From Candidatus Ozemobacteraceae bacterium (GTDB lineage Bacteria > Muiribacteriota > Ozemobacteria > Ozemobacterales > Ozemobacteraceae): 64,000 bases of DNA. Of the stretch, positions 58,793 to 64,000 are shown piece after piece; within the stretch, counting starts at the first letter, position 1; every line of letters starts with the position of its first letter. The notes beneath the pieces are model-generated. The model was not told where the DNA came from and ran no database searches. It worked only from the letters and a program-made list of their open reading frames with translations. The DNA lies in NCBI GenBank assembly GCA_965140445.1, contig OZ223236.1, positions 384,001 to 448,000 of the forward strand, written 5' to 3'. The position numbers and the translations under genes are program-made.

Positions 58793-60931
58793 TTAACTTA
58801 CTTTGATCTCTCTTTTATATATAACATCATCGTTAACCTTTATTTCAGAAAATCCAATTCCAGTGTCAAATTTCAGTGAGGTTTGCATTTTTTTTCCAGG
58901 ACCATTAATTTCGCCATTTACTTCTAGTCCTTCTTTATCAATAAACCATTTACCCCTGGTTTTTATTGGAACACTAATACCAGCTAAAAATTGATATATC
59001 TCCTTGCGAATCCCGGTTGCATAAACATTTATAGGCAAAGAATCATACCATGGAGTATTAATCATGCAGTTTAATGGAATTCTAGGCATAGCGGCCATAA
59101 AAAGGCGCAATGGTGAAGAAGAATCTCCGATGAAATCATAGTAGTAAAATGCATTGTTTTTAAGGGCAAAATAAAGCTTTCCATTAAAATCATCTTCAAA
59201 GAAAAATAAGCCAGAGGTGTCTTCGGTTCTAGAAACTCTCAGATTAAAATCAATATTCCTGAATTTCTTCTCGCCGTCACAACTGACGCATTGCTTCCAG
59301 GTGTATGGGAAAACTGTTCCCAGAATAAAAGACAGTTTCTGCGTTAAAAAGCTTTCAGCAATAACAGCCTCAACTTCAGTGTCTTTTTCAGGAATTGTCC
59401 CAAAACAAAAAGAATTATCAGCTTTAAAGCAATCAATGTTGAACGGAACTGTCTGATCCCCTAAATAGCCTGTATTTTGAACCTGCATGTGGAGATGCGG
59501 TTCTAGAGAGTAACCAGTATTACCCACCTTGCCAATTGGCGCGCCCTGATACACCCATTGACCTGCAGTTACTAAAATTGAATTTTGCATAAAATGGCTT
59601 AATTCAACGTAGAAACCTTCAAGGGTTCTAATTATTACAAAATTTCCCCAATTATTAACGTGATCAAGCTTTCCCATCTGATTGTCGGGAAGGTCGTTCC
59701 TGATCGCAGCTATATAACCGGATACTGGTGATAAAACGGTTTTTCCAAAAATCAAGTAACTCTGAACATCGGCGGGGTCGCCTCGGTAGGTTTTTCCCTC
59801 ATCCATAGCGTGGAAATCCAAAGCATGCCGCCACTTCCCTTTATGAGTCAATTCACCATTAAAACTCTGCATAATCTTTACTTTTTCAGCAATAGGCAGT
59901 GAAATTGATGGTTCTCCAGATCTGAATCTGTTTTGAAATTCAATAAAGTGGTTCAAAGAAGCTTCTGGAGTGCCAAGACTAATAAATTTTGATTCTTTAA
60001 ACCCTGCAATTTTCATGGCGATGATAAAAGGGATAACCGTAAAATTGAATGGCAAAGTAAAAACCGGGATTCGATACAGTTCTGCAATCCTTGAAGAGCC
60101 ACCAACCAGCAGCACTGAAACCGACACTGCTGCCAAAAGCACGCAGCCGGTTCTCAATGACGAAATTAGAAAAGTGCCTCCCAAAGCCAGTCCCACAAGA
60201 ATATAGTTAAAGGAGTATGGGTTATAAAGAGCGAGATCGACCGAACCAATCAACGTGGAATGAATTAAAATCCCAGTTGCAAAGCTGACTAATCCCCAGA
60301 AAACCATGATCCGCGAATGCAAAATCATGAGAATCAGTATAATCAGCCCGGATAAGACATTTGGCATGAATAGAATGGTCCCTATGGACTTTAAAAGTGA
60401 ACTTAAATAAAGAGGCAAAGACGCTTCCACGCCACTTAAAATAGAAAAGTCGTAATAACTTAAAGCAAACAAGTTACCGAACTTCCAGGAACCCAGATAA
60501 ACTACGGTGCTAACAATAGCAAATGGCAAAGACATGACTGGGGCCCCTGAAGAATACAGGTAATGCTCTAATAACAACGTAGTTACAAAGGTAAGAAAGG
60601 ATGCAGTTGCAATAAAGAAAACAACGGAAAGATCAAGCCGATAAAGAGCTCCGATAGACATTCCAACCAATAAAGGATTATAAATAATCGCTGGTCGCAG
60701 GAGATTCTCTTTAGAAAGCCCACTTAAAGTTCCAAACAAGAAAAGGCTCGCAACGGCTAATAGCCCGGACAAGGCGATATTGGGATGAATAAAACCCAGC
60801 ACTAAAAGCAAAATTCCAGCTGAAACCTTTGGAACAAAGATAACTGCTCCATAGGCAATAAGATGCTGGTAAAAGTTGCTTTTTAATGCCAGCTTTAATC
60901 CATGATTTTCATTGTTTTCGCACTGATTCAC
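58793..60931 (-). CDS. Urea-transporter-like membrane domain fused to M23 peptidase
   Basis: Duplicated YNPLLVG/FNYILVG and PVMSLPF/PVFTLPF motifs across about 10 TM; M23 motifs HALDF, WGNFV, GKVGNTGYSLEPHLH. Confidence 0.82.
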   Translation of the reverse strand: MNQCENNENHGLKLALKSNFYQHLIAYGAVIFVPKVSAGILLLVLGFIHPNIALSGLLAVASLFLFGTLSGLSKENLLRPAIIYNPLLVGMSIGALYRLDLSVVFFIATASFLTFVTTLLLEHYLYSSGAPVMSLPFAIVSTVVYLGSWKFGNLFALSYYDFSILSGVEASLPLYLSSLLKSIGTILFMPNVLSGLIILILMILHSRIMVFWGLVSFATGILIHSTLIGSVDLALYNPYSFNYILVGLALGGTFLISSLRTGCVLLAAVSVSVLLVGGSSRIAELYRIPVFTLPFNFTVIPFIIAMKIAGFKESKFISLGTPEASLNHFIEFQNRFRSGEPSISLPIAEKVKIMQSFNGELTHKGKWRHALDFHAMDEGKTYRGDPADVQSYLIFGKTVLSPVSGYIAAIRNDLPDNQMGKLDHVNNWGNFVIIRTLEGFYVELSHFMQNSILVTAGQWVYQGAPIGKVGNTGYSLEPHLHMQVQNTGYLGDQTVPFNIDCFKADNSFCFGTIPEKDTEVEAVIAESFLTQKLSFILGTVFPYTWKQCVSCDGEKKFRNIDFNLRVSRTEDTSGLFFFEDDFNGKLYFALKNNAFYYYDFIGDSSSPLRLFMAAMPRIPLNCMINTPWYDSLPINVYATGIRKEIYQFLAGISVPIKTRGKWFIDKEGLEVNGEINGPGKKMQTSLKFDTGIGFSEIKVNDDVIYKREIKVS

Positions 60932-60933
60932 AG

Positions 60934-62307
60934 CTATTCAAATCTCTTATTAACAGCTTGCTGAAGGTCTTGCGGGATCTCTTCCCTGATTTCCATGTCT
61001 GAGAAGGACTCTTTTCTTCTGATTACATCTACTTTCCCGGACTCTCTGATAAGAACAGTAGCCGGTCTCATGTGTATAAATTGCATAGATTGGGTCATGT
61101 TGTATGCACCAACAGGCGAAAGAATGAGTTTGGTTCCTTTGTCCAATCTAGGAAGCATTACAACTTCTTCCAGCACATCAATATTCATGCATAAAGGCCC
61201 CAGAAGGGTTGAAGATTCAAAATTTCCTGTTCCCAGTCTGTCTGATTCAACGTTGTAGTTATACCAGGTGCTGGTGTAGAGAAGGTTTACTCCAGCATCC
61301 ATCACGTAGCCTCTTTGCCCATTTACCAGGTTTCTTGCTGAAAGGACAGATGTAATCAGGTATCCGGCTTCATCAATAAGATGGCGTCCAGATTCGAGAT
61401 AAAGTTTTGGATATGGCTCTTCGTTCAGATTTCTCAACAAAGCACCGCAAATAGCTTCCGCATACGATTCTATTGAAGGCACAATAACTTCTGGTGGTTG
61501 ATAAATCCCTTTAAGCCGACTCATTGAAGCAAATCCTCCACCCAGATCAATGTATTCTATGGATTTGCCAAAAATTGCTTTTACATGTCCAGCAAGAACC
61601 ATGAGCTTTTCAACGGCTCTAGCATAGGCTTTAGGGTCGAGTATAAATGTGCCAATATGTGTGTGCAGACCATTTACAACGAGTCTGCCTCCAGCTTTAA
61701 TTCTTTTTATAGCATCCTGAGCCTGGCCATTATCAAAGTTAAATCCAAATCTGGACCAGCTTGGATATACGCCGGTATCCATGTTTACTCTAATTGCAAC
61801 AGGAATGATCTTGTCCAGTTTCCTGCTAACTTTTTCCAGGTCTGAGATTTCATCAAAGTTATCGATGTGAATCATGGCGTTTTCCTGTGCAGCTCGTTCC
61901 AATGATTCCATGGACTTATAAGGGCCATTGAAAATAATATTTTTGCCAGGAACTCCAAGATTTCTTGCCTTTTCATATTCAAAAGAGCTGACAACTTCAG
62001 CAAGACTGCCTAAATCATGGAAAACTGCACAAACAGATTTGAGATAGTTGGTTTTATAGCTCCAGGCAAACTGAAAATTAGGGTATCTTTTTGTGAACTC
62101 TTCATTGGCTTTAAGGTATTTTTCCCGGATTTTTTTCTCTGAAATCACGAAAAGTGGAGAGCCAAAATCTTCAACTAATTTTGAAATTGGTACTCCATCA
62201 ATATCTTCACGGATTTTTTGAGAAAATTCAGGGGAAATCCTGGCAGATTTGCCAGCGAGACGAGTTTCTATCTTTGAAATAACTGGTTTTTCGTATTTTT
62301 TGGTCAT
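60934..62307 (-). CDS. PLP-dependent group IV (diaminopimelate decarboxylase-like) decarboxylase
   Basis: SYKTNY (PLP Lys), GLHTHIGT, IDLGGGF, ESGR, GPLCMNID and GAY motifs. Confidence 0.88.
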   Translation of the reverse strand: MTKKYEKPVISKIETRLAGKSARISPEFSQKIREDIDGVPISKLVEDFGSPLFVISEKKIREKYLKANEEFTKRYPNFQFAWSYKTNYLKSVCAVFHDLGSLAEVVSSFEYEKARNLGVPGKNIIFNGPYKSMESLERAAQENAMIHIDNFDEISDLEKVSRKLDKIIPVAIRVNMDTGVYPSWSRFGFNFDNGQAQDAIKRIKAGGRLVVNGLHTHIGTFILDPKAYARAVEKLMVLAGHVKAIFGKSIEYIDLGGGFASMSRLKGIYQPPEVIVPSIESYAEAICGALLRNLNEEPYPKLYLESGRHLIDEAGYLITSVLSARNLVNGQRGYVMDAGVNLLYTSTWYNYNVESDRLGTGNFESSTLLGPLCMNIDVLEEVVMLPRLDKGTKLILSPVGAYNMTQSMQFIHMRPATVLIRESGKVDVIRRKESFSDMEIREEIPQDLQQAVNKRFE

Positions 62308-62338
62308 CTCTATTACCTTTCTATTGTTTTAAAGAAGA

Positions 62339-63397
62339 TTATTTTATAATCTGTGATTGCCCAAGAGTTATCAGGTTCTGAAACACATCTATGTCAACGA
62401 CTTTTTCATCGGTATAGCGCATAAACAGCTTACCTGCATCATACTCTGAGCTATCTTTATAATTCTCAGGCCTTTTATCTGGTGGCAAAAGGACTTCTTT
62501 AGCCAATCTCTCAGCTAGATTAATTCCAACTCCAGTAGCAAAATAAGCCCAAGCTGGAAATCTAGGATTAATTTCGATTAGATAAATCTTATCTCTATCG
62601 ACTATGCATTCCAGTTCAAATGGCCCTCGCCACTTAAAATCTTCCACAAACTTATTGGCAGCAGCTAACATCCCATCGTGTTTGATAGTAACGCCGGACC
62701 AGATCTTCCCTAAATTGGTAATTGTGGTCTTTTTTATGGCAACCATACCCATGTTTTCACCGTTACCGGAACCTAAACCAATAACATTGTATTCTTCTCC
62801 GGAAACTACCTGTTGAACCAGAATAGGAAATCCCCACTCAGCAGAAATAACATCAAAATTGTAATGGGCTTCTGGATAATTATTTACTTTTGCGGCTTTA
62901 TAATATGGCCCTTTAACCATAACTGGGAAGCCAAAGTTTTCTATGGCCTGGTCAAGCTGCTTAAGGTTAGTTACCGCGACTGTTTTAGGGTATGTTATGC
63001 CAATTCGTTCGGCTACTTCAGTGAGATTTTCTTTTTCTCTAAGTGAAAATAGCTCTTTATCGGGAAGAAAAGTTTTGATCCCTTGTTTTTCAAGGTCACC
63101 CGCATATTGGATGAATAGCGGAAGCTCAGCATCAAGACAGGGTATAACCAGATCAAGCCCAACCATTTTTTTTATTTCTGATAAGCGTTCATTAATGCCC
63201 TGCCATCCCTTGGTTGGAAACGGAAGAATAAAGGAATAATCAATGTATTCGCTGACATAATGTCCAGGGTCATTCACGTCATAACTAAGACCAATGACCC
63301 TTACAGGCAGATCGCTTTCCTTTAAACTTTTGGCCACAGCAAGGCCAGGACCGGGATTATCTGTAGCATTGATTCCACTGACTGCTATTGTATACAT
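62339..63397 (-). CDS. ATP-grasp (carboxylate-amine) ligase
   Basis: FPVMVKG, ILVQQVVSGEEY and LIEINPRFPAW; GGAGG SD before MYTIAV. Confidence 0.88.
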   Translation of the reverse strand: MYTIAVSGINATDNPGPGLAVAKSLKESDLPVRVIGLSYDVNDPGHYVSEYIDYSFILPFPTKGWQGINERLSEIKKMVGLDLVIPCLDAELPLFIQYAGDLEKQGIKTFLPDKELFSLREKENLTEVAERIGITYPKTVAVTNLKQLDQAIENFGFPVMVKGPYYKAAKVNNYPEAHYNFDVISAEWGFPILVQQVVSGEEYNVIGLGSGNGENMGMVAIKKTTITNLGKIWSGVTIKHDGMLAAANKFVEDFKWRGPFELECIVDRDKIYLIEINPRFPAWAYFATGVGINLAERLAKEVLLPPDKRPENYKDSSEYDAGKLFMRYTDEKVVDIDVFQNLITLGQSQIIK

Positions 63398-63420
63398 TTG
63401 GCCTCCTGTTTTCATGAGGT

Positions 63421-63660
63421 TTATGAAATAAACCCGTAAACTCTAAGTTTCTCAACGAGTTCAAGTACATCAGTGTAAACCTCTTCAAATGGCATCTCAT
63501 AGTCCGAACTGATTGTTTTTACGATATCTTCAAGTTCCATTTCTTTTTTAATCATTTCAATAATTTCTCTGGCGGTTTGATTTATCGTGTAGCTTTCTCC
63601 AGCAGATGGATCAAAAGCAAAACCAGTATCATTTATTGCCAAACTCATTAATTTGCTCAT
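63421..63660 (-). CDS. PqqD/RRE-family small protein
   Basis: AFDPSAGESYTINQTAREII..ISSDYE..DVLELVEKL; AAGGAGG SD. Confidence 0.85.
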   Translation of the reverse strand: MSKLMSLAINDTGFAFDPSAGESYTINQTAREIIEMIKKEMELEDIVKTISSDYEMPFEEVYTDVLELVEKLRVYGFIS

Positions 63661-63688
63661 AAGGCCTCCTTGTTTTAGTAGCGCGTTC

Positions 63689-64000
63689 TTAATCTTTTAT
63701 GGTTAATCCCAGGGTCCATTGTCCAGCGTATTTGCTTATTCCTGACTGGCTATATGATTCGAAACGATTTTGCGCATAGCCAAGTTTTAAGTCAAAGCTG
63801 TCGTTTAGAGTGTAGCCAAATTCAAGTCCAAATCCGCCTGTATATCTATCCAGGGCATTATAAGAATAGCTTTTATCGCTCTCGTAGCTTAATCTTTTCC
63901 GGCCTGTCCAGACAAAAGAACTAAAGTTTAAATCTTTAGTGAGATACCTGGTGAATTTAAGCCTGCCTGCAATATTGTTTCCCGAAAAATATGGGTTCCT
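63689..64000 (-). CDS. C-terminal part of a probable outer-membrane beta-barrel protein (5' end outside the window)
   Basis: Hand translation is open from the window edge: ...GFGLEFGYTLNDSFDLKLGYAQ...QWTLGLTIKD*, with alternating amphipathic strands. Confidence 0.65.
   Translation of the reverse strand, partial: RNPYFSGNNIAGRLKFTRYLTKDLNFSSFVWTGRKRLSYESDKSYSYNALDRYTGGFGLEFGYTLNDSFDLKLGYAQNRFESYSQSGISKYAGQWTLGLTIKD

Noticed and set aside
60934..62307. Calling the decarboxylase lysA
   Set aside because: Fold motifs fit the family, but the variant SYKTN/ESGR motifs and operon context leave the substrate undetermined.

Overview
AT-rich, gene-dense bacterial chromosome segment, probably from an anaerobic diderm. 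The gene content is reminiscent of Candidatus Riflebacteria, but this is inference only. I found no rRNA, tRNA, CRISPR array or transposase. From left to right: a partial CHASE4-HAMP sensor divergent from a membrane class III adenylate cyclase; a DUF2760 + two atypical Hsp70 operon; an ankyrin protein; a tungsten/molybdopterin aldehyde:ferredoxin oxidoreductase family enzyme with a 4Fe-4S partner; a sensor-less sigma54 activator-ComFB-STAS-rpmE-thyX-pheA-like run; a second adenylate cyclase; a Cache-MCP-Cache module with a duplicated promoter; and an accessory region (31.7-37.2 kb). That region holds nucleotidyltransferases and a DUF559-like nuclease, punctuated by three copies of an unexplained multi-hairpin non-coding element. 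It is followed by a secreted gluzincin, a 17-kb type IV minor-pilin/giant-adhesin locus, and a beta-barrel-PqqD-ATP-grasp-PLP decarboxylase-urea transporter/M23-TPR operon of unknown product. The best candidates for an undescribed system are the triplicated structured element, the PqqD/ATP-grasp operon and the pilin-fused adhesin locus. All family calls come from motifs recognised by eye, not from database searches.
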